A stretch of 64,000 bases of DNA, from positions 16,262 through 80,261 of the forward strand of contig CACOAW010000007.1 of the NCBI GenBank assembly GCA_902625325.1. The letters are read 5' to 3'. The notes under the pieces were generated by a model. It worked only from the letters and a program-made list of their open reading frames with translations. It was not told the DNA's origin and did not search any database. Within the stretch, counting starts at the first letter, position 1. Every line of letters starts with the position of its first letter. The position numbers and the translations under genes were made by a program. This document shows, piece by piece, positions 45,583 to 54,913 of the stretch. The stretch is from an uncultured Candidatus Poseidoniales archaeon. Its GTDB lineage: Archaea > Thermoplasmatota > Poseidoniia > Poseidoniales > Thalassarchaeaceae.

Positions 45583-45664
45583 CCAATCTATGGTATAAGC
45601 ACATGGTAACTAGTGAACTAAAATCGTATTAGTTCTGAGCCTTTTTTATTATGCCGAATTTGCA

Positions 45665-46141
45665 TTAACGCATAGCATCTCTAGCTTCAGATGCTAACTC
45701 CCACATCTTTCTTTCATCATCTGTTTGAGGTTCGAATTGTGGAATCTCTACAGGTTTCATTGACTCATCAATTGCCACCATAAAGAAGAAACCAGAGCAG
45801 ATCTCTTCACCAACCCAGTCAGATCGTGAAAGTCTACATGAGGTTACATGGGCCCCAACGGTCCTCGGTGAAGTCCAGACAACTCTCGCTGTTGTTCTAA
45901 TAATATCTCCTTGGAATGCAGGCCTCTTGAATTTTAGAGCATCGACAGAGACAGTAACGAATACCTTGTGTGCGAACTTCGAGGCTACCATTCCTGCAGC
46001 AGTATCCATGATTGCCATTAGTCTGCCTCCAAATAGCGTATTCAAGGCATTTGTATGGCCTGGAAAAACCTCATCAAGAACCACAACCGGCTCATCTGAG
46101 AACGGTGAATCACCCTCCATCAGATATCCACACAACACCAT
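45665..46141 (-). CDS. Acyl-CoA thioesterase (hotdog fold, YciA/Acot-like)
   Basis: HTNALNTLFGGRLMAIMDTAAG and size typical of the hotdog thioesterase family. Confidence 0.7.
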   Translation of the reverse strand: MVLCGYLMEGDSPFSDEPVVVLDEVFPGHTNALNTLFGGRLMAIMDTAAGMVASKFAHKVFVTVSVDALKFKRPAFQGDIIRTTARVVWTSPRTVGAHVTSCRLSRSDWVGEEICSGFFFMVAIDESMKPVEIPQFEPQTDDERKMWELASEARDAMR

Positions 46142-46223
46142 CTGCCTTGAATCCTCCAGTGTTTAGGACGCTCAAATACGAGTTTACCGCTTAATTCAAT
46201 CGAGAGGCGTCACTCGGCAAAGC

Positions 46224-47018
46224 ATGGAAGTACCAAAACTTAGGTGGGAAACTTCAGTTTTTCAAGACCCTGATGGGGGTTCTGCGATTCTATGGCCATA
46301 CCTGCCCTGCGTCAGGATGCCCATGAAGATGCGACCTAGGGAGTGGGATGCTTTGGCTTTACTTTCTTCATCAGATGAACTCATTTCTCTTAGAGAGGAG
46401 GAGGAGCAGGACAAGGAGAGCCCGGGAGTTCATTTGGAATCTGCAACTGCGTCCGGCACTACATTAGGGATGCTAGTCCACGACCTTTCCGAACTACAAC
46501 TAGATGGGCCTGCCATCCCTGATCCCGAGAGGATCAGACTTCTTAGGCATGCAGAGAATTCTAGAGGGGGGATGCCAATCTTTTCGATTGAACCAGATAT
46601 CGATGATCAAAAATGGGCAGATTGGCAATCTAGGTGGGCCGATGAGCAAGTAAGATTCAGAAATCTCATTGCTACATTTGGCAGGAATAGGAGATGGGCC
46701 AAGACACGAATAAAGGCAGTCTCCAGAATCCAGAAACCTCCATTTGCAATTCCAAATGATTTGGTAGCCGCGGCAGCAGTATGTGCTGCGTGGTGGGCAG
46801 AGGAATTCATATCCCTGACTCCCGATCTCTCCAAAGAAAGGGATGAAAGATACGCATCAAGAATAAGGGGGGCAATCTCAAATTTGAGAGAAAGTGCAGA
46901 TGGTAATTGGGGAATCCGCGGCCCATCGCTGCTTATACCTGTTCAACAGTGCTATTTGCCCAGTCTAGAGGATAGCCTAATTGCCTGCGGGTCCGTGGAG
47001 ATGTTGGAGAGAGAGTAA
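46224..47018 (+). CDS. Hypothetical protein
   Basis: A 264-aa ORF. Its stop overlaps the next gene's ATG (TAATG). Trp/Arg-rich segment KWADWQSRWADEQVRFRN. No family recognised. Confidence 0.45.
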   Translation: MEVPKLRWETSVFQDPDGGSAILWPYLPCVRMPMKMRPREWDALALLSSSDELISLREEEEQDKESPGVHLESATASGTTLGMLVHDLSELQLDGPAIPDPERIRLLRHAENSRGGMPIFSIEPDIDDQKWADWQSRWADEQVRFRNLIATFGRNRRWAKTRIKAVSRIQKPPFAIPNDLVAAAAVCAAWWAEEFISLTPDLSKERDERYASRIRGAISNLRESADGNWGIRGPSLLIPVQQCYLPSLEDSLIACGSVEMLERE

Positions 47019-47539
47019 TGAGTGACCTAGAAGTGAATATCGAGACTCAGACATTCAGGGCCATTCCTTCTGAGCGAGTAGAAATAGATGAAGCAGTGAA
47101 GTCTGCGAATGCTAGGAGCAATGGGGAGTTCGCAGTGATCGAGCATCAAGACCCGCAAGCACTAATTGTCATTGATAAGGATGGTTCGATTCTTATCCAC
47201 GGGATTTCGAACCTAGAAGCTGCCTCGCTAATAGCAAAAGAAATCCTGCTTCGAATTGGCCTTTCAGAGAAGGGTCTTGTGCTAGAAAGTGGAGAGGTAT
47301 TAGCCAGCTTCTCCATAGGGAGGGCTGTTCTTATAGGCCTGGCAGCTGAACGATTTAAGGATGCAGAGCACGATCTTAGATTGGATGCACTCAGGATATC
47401 TGCAAAAAGACACAATTGTACAGTTCTGTTATTCAACAATGGGAAGGGGATAGTGATGGGGCAGAATTCTCGTAAGGTTGCAGAGATGGCAGCCTCATAC
47501 TGGGTCACAAGGTTGAGTGAAGAAGGGGCTCTAGCGTGA
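47018..47539 (+). CDS. Hypothetical protein with a two-repeat pattern reminiscent of the TBP (TATA-binding protein) fold
   Basis: Two internal repeats each end in a hydrophobic-strand / G-K/D-G / strand / helix pattern: ALIVIDKDGSILIHGISNLEAASLIAKEIL and TVLLFNNGKGIVMGQNSRKVAEMAASYW. Compare the TBP pattern LLIFSSGKxVxTGAKS. The 173-aa length matches archaeal TBP, but canonical DNA-contact motifs are not conserved. Confidence 0.35.
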   Translation: MSDLEVNIETQTFRAIPSERVEIDEAVKSANARSNGEFAVIEHQDPQALIVIDKDGSILIHGISNLEAASLIAKEILLRIGLSEKGLVLESGEVLASFSIGRAVLIGLAAERFKDAEHDLRLDALRISAKRHNCTVLLFNNGKGIVMGQNSRKVAEMAASYWVTRLSEEGALA

Positions 47540-47543
47540 GAAG

Positions 47544-48428
47544 ATGCTTGAGAAAGGCAAGTGGGTCGGTCCGATAGTCGATCAGCACATGCATCTCGAT
47601 AGGACAAATTTGTTCCTAGACGCAGTCGCCGATTTCTCTAATTCTGGCGGAACAGGAATTATGCTCGTACACAAGCCTTCATTCTCAAACACTCTTCCAG
47701 TTGATTTAAACGGTTATAGGGAGGCTTATTCTGATACAATATCCATGGCAGCTGAGGTTCGCACAGAATTCGGATTAGAAGTTGGAGTCGTCCTAGGCCC
47801 CCATCCTGTAGCATGGGATAAGCAGATTCCTGAATTAGGTATTGAAGCATCGTCAGAACTACATCTAGAAGCAGTTAGCTTGGCTCTAGAGTACATAGAT
47901 TCAGGTCATGCACACTGTCTTGGTGAAGTCGGTAGGCCACATTACCCAGTCGAAGAAGAAATTTGGGAAAGAGCAAATGATTTACTTCTGGAAATTCTCT
48001 CAATGGCATCTTCATCACGAACGTCGGTCCAGCTCCATGTTGAGGAAAATAATGAGAAAACATATAGTGAATTAAGCCAATTATGTATGTTTTCTGGAAT
48101 TTCATCTGAGAGGGCAATCAGGCACTTCGCCCCTCCGAATGTTAGCTCCGATTTCACTCACGGCTTATCAGCCACAGTTAACATGGGCAAAGGGAGCGTA
48201 GAAACCATCGTAGAGACGGCCAGAGAGGCCAAATCTCCATGGGGGATGGAGACTGACTTTCTAGACGACAGTAGACGTCCAGGAGCAGTCCTAGGCCCGA
48301 GAACTGTTCCTAAAAGAACTCAGGAGCTGTGTTCAAGATTGCTATCCGAAGGATGGAGTGAGAACGAAGTCGAATCTCTTCTAACAAAAGTTCACTCTGA
48401 ATGGCCAGAATCACTCTACGGATTATGA
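47544..48428 (+). CDS. TatD-related / amidohydrolase-superfamily metal-dependent hydrolase
   Basis: N-terminal DQHMHL metal-binding motif, later HCLGEVG and VQLHVEE. TIM-barrel hydrolase pattern. Confidence 0.55.
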   Translation: MLEKGKWVGPIVDQHMHLDRTNLFLDAVADFSNSGGTGIMLVHKPSFSNTLPVDLNGYREAYSDTISMAAEVRTEFGLEVGVVLGPHPVAWDKQIPELGIEASSELHLEAVSLALEYIDSGHAHCLGEVGRPHYPVEEEIWERANDLLLEILSMASSSRTSVQLHVEENNEKTYSELSQLCMFSGISSERAIRHFAPPNVSSDFTHGLSATVNMGKGSVETIVETAREAKSPWGMETDFLDDSRRPGAVLGPRTVPKRTQELCSRLLSEGWSENEVESLLTKVHSEWPESLYGL

Positions 48429-48701
48429 TGAAATCTAATCTTTGGTGTAAATATCAACACGCACCCAATTATGAAAAAAACTACTGACAAAACCAAGAAA
48501 CTAAAATCGCCAAATGGGAACTCCACTCCAGCTGATTCTACGCCCATCCTCCATAAAGGGCCATTAATTGGCAGAAATAGTATCACAAGTAAAATTCCAA
48601 GCCTCTGCCTCAGAATCATACACCGTCGTGAGAGCATTTACTTTTGAATTTCCTCGGACGACCGAATCCGTTTAGAGTTGCCATACTCTCGGATAATGTA
48701 A

Positions 48702-48776
48702 GCGCCTGTAGTGAAGGGGTTATCACAAGAGGTTTCCAACCTCTTGTCCCGGGTTCGAATCCCGGCGGGCGCACCA
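48702..48776 (+). tRNA. tRNA-Gly (anticodon UCC) with genomically encoded CCA
   Basis: Manual cloverleaf: acceptor GCGCCTG/CGGGCGC (one G-U pair), D arm GTGA-AGGGGTTA-TCAC, anticodon arm AGAGG-TTTCCAA-CCTCT (anticodon TCC), T arm CCGGG-TTCGAAT-CCCGG, discriminator A, then CCA. Confidence 0.9.
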
Positions 48777-48839
48777 TCACGACCAATAGTTTGGCTTAAC
48801 GACTGAAGCATTGAAACACCAGCCGCTTTTCGAAAAGGC

Positions 48840-50735
48840 ATGAACTCAAGTGGAGGGGCTGGAGTCACTGGAGTGACATCAATCAGCAAGGACAACTCCG
48901 ATCAGACGGACGATCGTCAGATAGTGGGAAGCAAGATATGGAGAATTTTTCCGTACGTCAAGAAATACTGGAAAAGTGCTGTTGGCGGAATAGCTGCGAA
49001 CGCTGGAGCGCGCGCATTCGACTTGATTCCTTTCATCGCCATAGGAATGGCAGCCGACTATTACCAATCTGGAACCTTTACCAGCGAAAGAGTGGAGAGG
49101 ATGATGACCTCAGATCTAATTCCAACTCTGGGCCCAATTGATTCCGAGGAGCTAGGCTTCGGATTGTTGATTCTTTCATGCTTCACTTTCTTAGCAATAT
49201 TTCAGGGCCTAAGCAACCAACTCTGGCAAGCGACCGCGTACAGGGCTCAGCATGACATTAGGATGGATGCGACTCAGTCACTAATGTCCATGGAGGCATC
49301 CTATTTCGAGACTAGGCAGATAGGAAATCTGATGTCCGTACTATCTGCTGATGTTGCACAATTGGAGGACATCATATCGGATGCAAGTACCAGCATCATT
49401 AGAATTGCAATTACCTTTTCAACTGCTTTCGCGATAATGTTCTGGATGTCTCCCAAGCTTGCTGTGATTCTCTTCACGCCTCTAATCATCATAATTCCCA
49501 TGGTGGTATGGTTCTCTACAAGGGTACAGCGCAAGTATCGAAAGCAGAGAGAGAGTACTGGGGGGATAGTTGCTATCCTGGAGAATGTTCTTTCTGGAAT
49601 TACTATCGTGCAGGCTTACAATGCAAAGGAGTTCGAGAGATCTAGGATTGACATCCAGAGCGGAAACTACAGAGACATGGCTATTCAGGCTGCATTTATC
49701 AGGAATCGATTCATTCCCGGCATATACGTTGTTGCAGGGATTTCCTTTGGCCTTCTGGTATCCGCAGGAGGCTGGATAATGGCATCAGAAGAGATTACTG
49801 TAGGCCAATTCGTCACCTTCTTACTAATTTCGACCAGGATGACAATGCCGATGTTTATCCTAGGGATGCTACTTAACCAATTGCAGAAAGGAGAGGCCGC
49901 ATCCAAGAGAGTATTCGCGATAATCGATTTAGAACCATTAATATTCGATAAAGAGGGAGCCGTTCCTCTGGAGTCCCCAATCACCTCGATAAGATTCGAA
50001 ACTGTCTCTTTCGCATACCCTTCTTCAGATTCCAATGTTCTAAACGACATCAACTTCTCTGCTTCTTCTGGCGAGTTCTTGGGAGTAATGGGTCATACAG
50101 GAGCAGGAAAGAGTACAATTCTGAAATTAGTTGAACGATTCTACGAACCCCAGAGCGGACGCGTTCTAATCAATGGTACAGACATAAACGAGTTCCAGAT
50201 AGAGTCAGTAAGGGCTAGGATAGGTTTCGTCTCTCAAGACCCATTCCTTTTTTTCGGAAGTATAAGGGACAATGTGGCCTATGCCCGTGATTGCTCGGAT
50301 GAGGAGATTGATCACGCTTTAGAAGCAGCAGGGGCTCTAGAGTTTGTCTCTCAACTATCAGAAGGAATCGATACTATGGTAGGAGATAGGGGAGTCATGC
50401 TTTCTGGTGGTCAGAGGGCACGGATTAGCCTAGCAAGAGCCCTACTCAATGATCCCGATTTGTTGATTCTCGATGAGGCAAGTGCGGCTTTAGATGCAGA
50501 AACGGAAAAGAGGATTCAAGAATCCTTATTCGGTAATTCAAATGGTGGTAAGGAGAGAATTACGATTGCAGTAGCTCACAGACTAGCCACAATCAGAAAT
50601 GCCGACGAGATCGTTGCCATGGTTGACGGCGCTATAGTTGAGAGGGGCACACATGAAGAACTGATTGCTAGTAAGAATATCTACGCGTCTCAGTGGTCAA
50701 TACAGACGGGGGAGCTGGGTTCAGCGGAGGGCTGA
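48840..50735 (+). CDS. ABC exporter, fused permease and ATPase (MsbA/type I exporter-like)
   Basis: Six-TM N-terminal domain. Walker A motif GHTGAGKST, signature LSGGQRARISLARAL, Walker B motif LILDEASAALD and H-loop AHRL. Confidence 0.85.
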   Translation: MNSSGGAGVTGVTSISKDNSDQTDDRQIVGSKIWRIFPYVKKYWKSAVGGIAANAGARAFDLIPFIAIGMAADYYQSGTFTSERVERMMTSDLIPTLGPIDSEELGFGLLILSCFTFLAIFQGLSNQLWQATAYRAQHDIRMDATQSLMSMEASYFETRQIGNLMSVLSADVAQLEDIISDASTSIIRIAITFSTAFAIMFWMSPKLAVILFTPLIIIIPMVVWFSTRVQRKYRKQRESTGGIVAILENVLSGITIVQAYNAKEFERSRIDIQSGNYRDMAIQAAFIRNRFIPGIYVVAGISFGLLVSAGGWIMASEEITVGQFVTFLLISTRMTMPMFILGMLLNQLQKGEAASKRVFAIIDLEPLIFDKEGAVPLESPITSIRFETVSFAYPSSDSNVLNDINFSASSGEFLGVMGHTGAGKSTILKLVERFYEPQSGRVLINGTDINEFQIESVRARIGFVSQDPFLFFGSIRDNVAYARDCSDEEIDHALEAAGALEFVSQLSEGIDTMVGDRGVMLSGGQRARISLARALLNDPDLLILDEASAALDAETEKRIQESLFGNSNGGKERITIAVAHRLATIRNADEIVAMVDGAIVERGTHEELIASKNIYASQWSIQTGELGSAEG

Positions 50736-50776
50736 TCTTGTCTGGTTCAATTGAGTGGGCCGATGTCAAACCTGGC

Positions 50777-51445
50777 ATGGTTGTCATGGGTTCTGCTGAC
50801 CGGTCGATATTATTCGGAGGAATTGGCCCAAGACATGAGATATCTATCGAATATAGTTTCAAAATCTCTAGAATTCCTGTTCCCTCGAGTGAGGCATTGA
50901 AGATCATTCAATCATCTGAAGCCGATATAGCTTCAGAGTCAGAATGGGAGCTTGCTAACTCTAGAGGCCTCCTGTCTGCAGAAATCGGATGTTTTGAAGG
51001 ACTAGAGGATAGACATCACGGCTACTGGGGAAAGATTTGCGACGGCCGACCTCACTACGGCGTGAATAGAGGTTTGCAAAATCTTAGACATTGGTCGAAA
51101 AGCGGACCAGTGCCAATCCAACGCCCAACTCTGTCTGAGGCTGAAAAAACCGAATCTGTTCGCCTGGTGATTAGAGAAGATCCAGACTGGTCGGATAATT
51201 CCCTCGCCATTCCAATCAGAAAGGACAACCAGAGAATCATTCTTGAGGAGGCTCTAATTTCTCTTTTTTTTGGGGTGCTTCCCTCCTTCATATGGGCTTA
51301 CTATAACGCAAGCGACGGATATATTCGAGAGGGGTGGCTCAACCTAATTTTTGGAGGAATTTTCTTCGGTCTTTTCACTTCTCTTTTTTGGAGGCCCGAA
51401 CAACCAACATGGCATATTAAATCTGGAAGAATGAGAGTTAAATGA
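50777..51445 (+). CDS. Membrane-anchored protein with a short FGE-sulfatase (SUMF1)-like domain
   Basis: GMVVMGSADRS ... PRHEISIEYSFKISRIPV and SESEWELANSRGLL resemble the N-terminal half of FGE-sulfatase domains. Two C-terminal TM helices. The start is uncertain (50693, 50739 or 50777). Confidence 0.3.
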   Translation: MVVMGSADRSILFGGIGPRHEISIEYSFKISRIPVPSSEALKIIQSSEADIASESEWELANSRGLLSAEIGCFEGLEDRHHGYWGKICDGRPHYGVNRGLQNLRHWSKSGPVPIQRPTLSEAEKTESVRLVIREDPDWSDNSLAIPIRKDNQRIILEEALISLFFGVLPSFIWAYYNASDGYIREGWLNLIFGGIFFGLFTSLFWRPEQPTWHIKSGRMRVK

Positions 51446-51452
51446 GAGCGTT

Positions 51453-52538
51453 CTAGTCGCGAGCTCTGTCATCAATCTGGGAAGACGAACTTCCACTGGC
51501 CAAGGCAAATCTTGCCTTGTTGATTCCCACTCCATAATCCCACAATAGTATGAAAGATATAATCGGGGACAAGAAAACGGTTGTTGTACTCTTGCTAGGA
51601 GAAGGCCCTAGTGCTGCACCAATCCATGCTGTGATGTTGAACAAGGCTACCAATGTGGGGAACTGGTGAACCATTGCTCTTTCAACTCCCATAGGCACTG
51701 ATTCCGTGGAAATATCCCAAAATTCAGGCCAAGAAAGACCCCCATTAAAGCAACCCCAGATGAAGGAGATAGCAGACATAGTCACAAGTATAGGAAATGA
51801 GGACACCATACTGTGGCTAAATCCCCATAGCTCAGGATACCTATTTCCTGCCAATGTTCTGACCAGTCCGTAGTTTCGTATTTGCTTCCTTACTCTTTTG
51901 ACCCCTCGTCTACGATGCCACATTACGGCACTACCATCAGACCATAGTCGATATCCCGCCAACCTGATACGATGATCCATCATCACGTCCTCAGCCCCAA
52001 TGGCTCCCGGATCAAATGAACCTACGTCGACTAGAACTTCCCTCCTGTAAGCGGAGTTCACCCCTGGGAGCTGCTCCACTTCCTCCAATTCCCCCATTGC
52101 CCTTTTCCCATAATTTGTACCAGCAGTTAGAAACTCATTACAAAAAGCTACGTCAATAACCCTCTGCCAGAAGGTCGACTCCTCTAATGGTGCAAAATTA
52201 GGCCCCCCGACTCCCCCTACATCCGGTTTATCGAACCATCTCTCAAGCCTCTCAACCCAATCTTCTGGCACCAAAACGTCATCATCTGTAAAGAAAACAA
52301 GCTCTGACTCAGTCTCTTCGATTGCCACATTGCAAGCATCTGCTCTATTACTAGCTCCTTTGTCATCAATATATCTGAATCCTCTACTCTCGGCCTCTAC
52401 TCTTCCCTTGTCCTCCCTTGGACCAACCACAACTACCTCCATATCCTCGTATGTCTGATTGGCTAGTCCATCAAGAGTATTCGCCAACTCATCCGAGTTT
52501 CTAACCGTGGGTATAATCACGCAAACTCTACTTGGCAT
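51453..52538 (-). CDS. Family 2 glycosyltransferase with a C-terminal membrane domain
   Basis: VIIPTVRNSDE, the DxD motif FTDDDV, and hydrophobic C-terminal segments. Confidence 0.8.
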   Translation of the reverse strand: MPSRVCVIIPTVRNSDELANTLDGLANQTYEDMEVVVVGPREDKGRVEAESRGFRYIDDKGASNRADACNVAIEETESELVFFTDDDVLVPEDWVERLERWFDKPDVGGVGGPNFAPLEESTFWQRVIDVAFCNEFLTAGTNYGKRAMGELEEVEQLPGVNSAYRREVLVDVGSFDPGAIGAEDVMMDHRIRLAGYRLWSDGSAVMWHRRRGVKRVRKQIRNYGLVRTLAGNRYPELWGFSHSMVSSFPILVTMSAISFIWGCFNGGLSWPEFWDISTESVPMGVERAMVHQFPTLVALFNITAWIGAALGPSPSKSTTTVFLSPIISFILLWDYGVGINKARFALASGSSSSQIDDRARD

Positions 52539-52576
52539 AAGAAACCCGGAGGGGCAGGGATTGATGAGTTAAATGG

Positions 52577-53323
52577 TCAGTCATTGACTATCCTTGGTGC
52601 AAGGAAGTAAGTCCACCTAGCCCCGCCATCATTGCTCATCCAAGTCAGCCTCAATGGATACTTCTCTTCAAACTCAAGAGAGACTTCGTTGGTGAATCCT
52701 CCGGCTAGTTTCTTTGTCAACTCCCCAAGATACTGTAGTGAATATGTTGAGTGTGTAGGGGAAGCGCAGACAAGTTCGCTCAACTCTCCGGATTCGAACT
52801 TTACATTTACTCCCTCACCAGCCTCAACAGTTACCGAAACAGCCAATTGATTCTTGTCCATGCTTAGGTCGACCTCTCCTCCGACGAACTTTGCAGCTCT
52901 CAGTGCTCTCGAAAGCTTCTCCGATCCAATTGTTGCCTTCGACTTGAACTCCAGATTTGGCTGATTAGGATTATCCATAGTACTAGTGTCTATGCCTCTA
53001 AGAATCATCAGAACTTCACCCACTCTAACGTTGATGGCGCCCACCGCGTCATCATAATCCATCTCTACTAGGTCACTTGGTCCAGCCAGCGTAAGTAAAT
53101 CGCGCATCTTCTGAAGGTCTAGTCCTATCTCCACAGGCTCTACCTCATATGTCTCGAAGCACTCATCGCCAATTGTTGCAGAAAGGAGGGCCACATGAGA
53201 GCCGTCAACAACCGAAATGCTGAGTCCCTTTTCACCCCACACCAACTTTGCTTCTGATGTTAGAACTGAGAGGATATCTACGATTTCTCTCATTAGTTGT
53301 TGCTTGGCTGTAATTCTTAGCAC
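52577..53323 (-). CDS. pcn: DNA polymerase sliding clamp PCNA
   Basis: Length is 248 aa. Two-domain pattern with EAKLVWGEKGLSISVVDGSHVALL, and a C-terminal YFLAPRI typical of archaeal PCNA. Confidence 0.85.
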   Translation of the reverse strand: MLRITAKQQLMREIVDILSVLTSEAKLVWGEKGLSISVVDGSHVALLSATIGDECFETYEVEPVEIGLDLQKMRDLLTLAGPSDLVEMDYDDAVGAINVRVGEVLMILRGIDTSTMDNPNQPNLEFKSKATIGSEKLSRALRAAKFVGGEVDLSMDKNQLAVSVTVEAGEGVNVKFESGELSELVCASPTHSTYSLQYLGELTKKLAGGFTNEVSLEFEEKYPLRLTWMSNDGGARWTYFLAPRIVND

Positions 53324-53391
53324 GTGTTCACCTCGATTTGATGTTTAATTGCCGGAGGCTCTTGATGATTATTGGCCCAAAGCCTGCGCAA

Positions 53392-53772
53392 TTACTGGTA
53401 TTCCCTCCAACGATGGCCGCATTCTTCGCAAGTGCATATCTTTGTCTCTGGTTCGTCTGAAGACCTGGTCTGCCTGAGCTCAACGTACGCTCTATCTCCG
53501 TCACATTTTGGGCATAGGTAGTCTCCCACTCTGAGAGTCCCTCTAGGCCCGTCTTCTTCCACAACCTCCGTAAGATGCTTGAGTGACTTCGAGTCTGTAG
53601 AAGCCATAGTCTTGGAAAGATCGATAGTTTCCCCAGTCATTGGATCCGTAAATTCAGCACCTTTACCATCCTCTCCAGAAAGGGGTCCCTCATACCCGCA
53701 TTTGTAGTTTGGACACTTAATCCAACCCCGCTCATCAGGATAACTAAGTGCACCACACTTCGGACAAAACAT
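53392..53772 (-). CDS. tfs: Transcription factor S (TFS) / RpoM-like
   Basis: N-terminal zinc ribbon MFCPKCG...CPNYKCG. C-terminal TFIIS-type ribbon CPKCDGDRAYVELRQTRSSDEPETKICTCEECGHRW with the acidic SDE loop. Confidence 0.8.
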   Translation of the reverse strand: MFCPKCGALSYPDERGWIKCPNYKCGYEGPLSGEDGKGAEFTDPMTGETIDLSKTMASTDSKSLKHLTEVVEEDGPRGTLRVGDYLCPKCDGDRAYVELRQTRSSDEPETKICTCEECGHRWREYQ

Positions 53773-53895
53773 CTCTTTCACCATTGTCCTATAAACGAGA
53801 ACCGGGCTTTGCTGAACCTCCCGACTATTCAACTATTCGTCTAAAATATTGGGCATACCCGCACCGTTCAAGCCAATGTACCTATTGGGACTGCT

Positions 53896-54900
53896 ATGAG
53901 AATCCACTACGATTGGAGATTAGCAAGGGTTGTGGATGATGAAGGGAATATCGTTGATGAGTTGGAATGGGACGGTCCAATCACTCATACTAGCCTGTCA
54001 ACACGACTCAAGATAATACAGGGAGGTAGAATTTTGCCAGAGGTCTCAACCCTTTCTGAGCGTTTCCCAGATGCTATCATCGATGAAATGGGCGCGTTAT
54101 CGGATCCGCATTGGCCAGAGGTTGGAGATTTGGAACAAGTCTTCCAGAAGGCTACTTTGGAATTAGCGAAAATGGGTGTCGCAGACTCATCGGGAGATTT
54201 GGATAGGAGATTAGACATGCTTGTATCAGCAGCACAGGAGCTTAGATCATCCTGGACAACCTCCGAAGCTCGTTGTGTGGAATGGTCGGGATTGTTTATA
54301 ACTGAAGCAAATCTTGATTCTCAGAGAAATGACATTCCAGTAGCCATATGTTCCTCAAGAACAATCTCCGAAGCATCAGAAAAGTTAGGTGTAAGTCCTC
54401 CGAAGCACCTTCCTTCGGATTTAGAATGGTCTTCTATGATCTCCCACGCCAATACAGTGACAAGATCATCAGAAATTCTAGACCAAATTGAGAATGCAAT
54501 CAGAGAAATTGCGAACATCCATGCACCCTCTCTCAGCGCACTTCTAGGTCCTATTTCGGCAGCCAAATTGATATCTCTAGCAGGGGGAAGGGAGAGACTA
54601 GCACGAATGCCTTCGGGCTCACTACAGGTTCTGGGCGCGCATGCAGCAATGTCTGCACACAGGAGAGGGGCACCTCCGCCAAAGCATGGAGCAGTGCTAT
54701 TTTCAATGCCGCAAGTAAGCCGTTCACCTAGATGGGTCAGAGGAAAGATTGCCAGATATCTTGCCGGAAAGGCCAGTATAGCAGTTCGAGTGGATCATTT
54801 TGAAGGTGAGAGATGGGATCAATCCAAGATAGAGGAAATTAACTCCGAGATCGAGGCGATTAAGGATAAGTTCCCAAGGCCTCCGAAGAGGAGGGTATAA
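53896..54900 (+). CDS. nop5: Nop5 (Nop56/58) box C/D sRNP core protein
   Basis: Nop-domain motifs LISLAGGRERLARMPSGSLQVLGAHAAMSAHRRGAPPPKHGAVLF. Located upstream of fibrillarin, as in the conserved archaeal operon. Confidence 0.8.
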   Translation: MRIHYDWRLARVVDDEGNIVDELEWDGPITHTSLSTRLKIIQGGRILPEVSTLSERFPDAIIDEMGALSDPHWPEVGDLEQVFQKATLELAKMGVADSSGDLDRRLDMLVSAAQELRSSWTTSEARCVEWSGLFITEANLDSQRNDIPVAICSSRTISEASEKLGVSPPKHLPSDLEWSSMISHANTVTRSSEILDQIENAIREIANIHAPSLSALLGPISAAKLISLAGGRERLARMPSGSLQVLGAHAAMSAHRRGAPPPKHGAVLFSMPQVSRSPRWVRGKIARYLAGKASIAVRVDHFEGERWDQSKIEEINSEIEAIKDKFPRPPKRRV

Positions 54901-54913
54901 TCTGACAAGGTCA

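Noticed and set aside
48638-48895. An 85-aa minus-strand ORF.
   Set aside because: It lies antisense over a perfectly folding tRNA-Gly(UCC) gene, so it is a spurious ORF.
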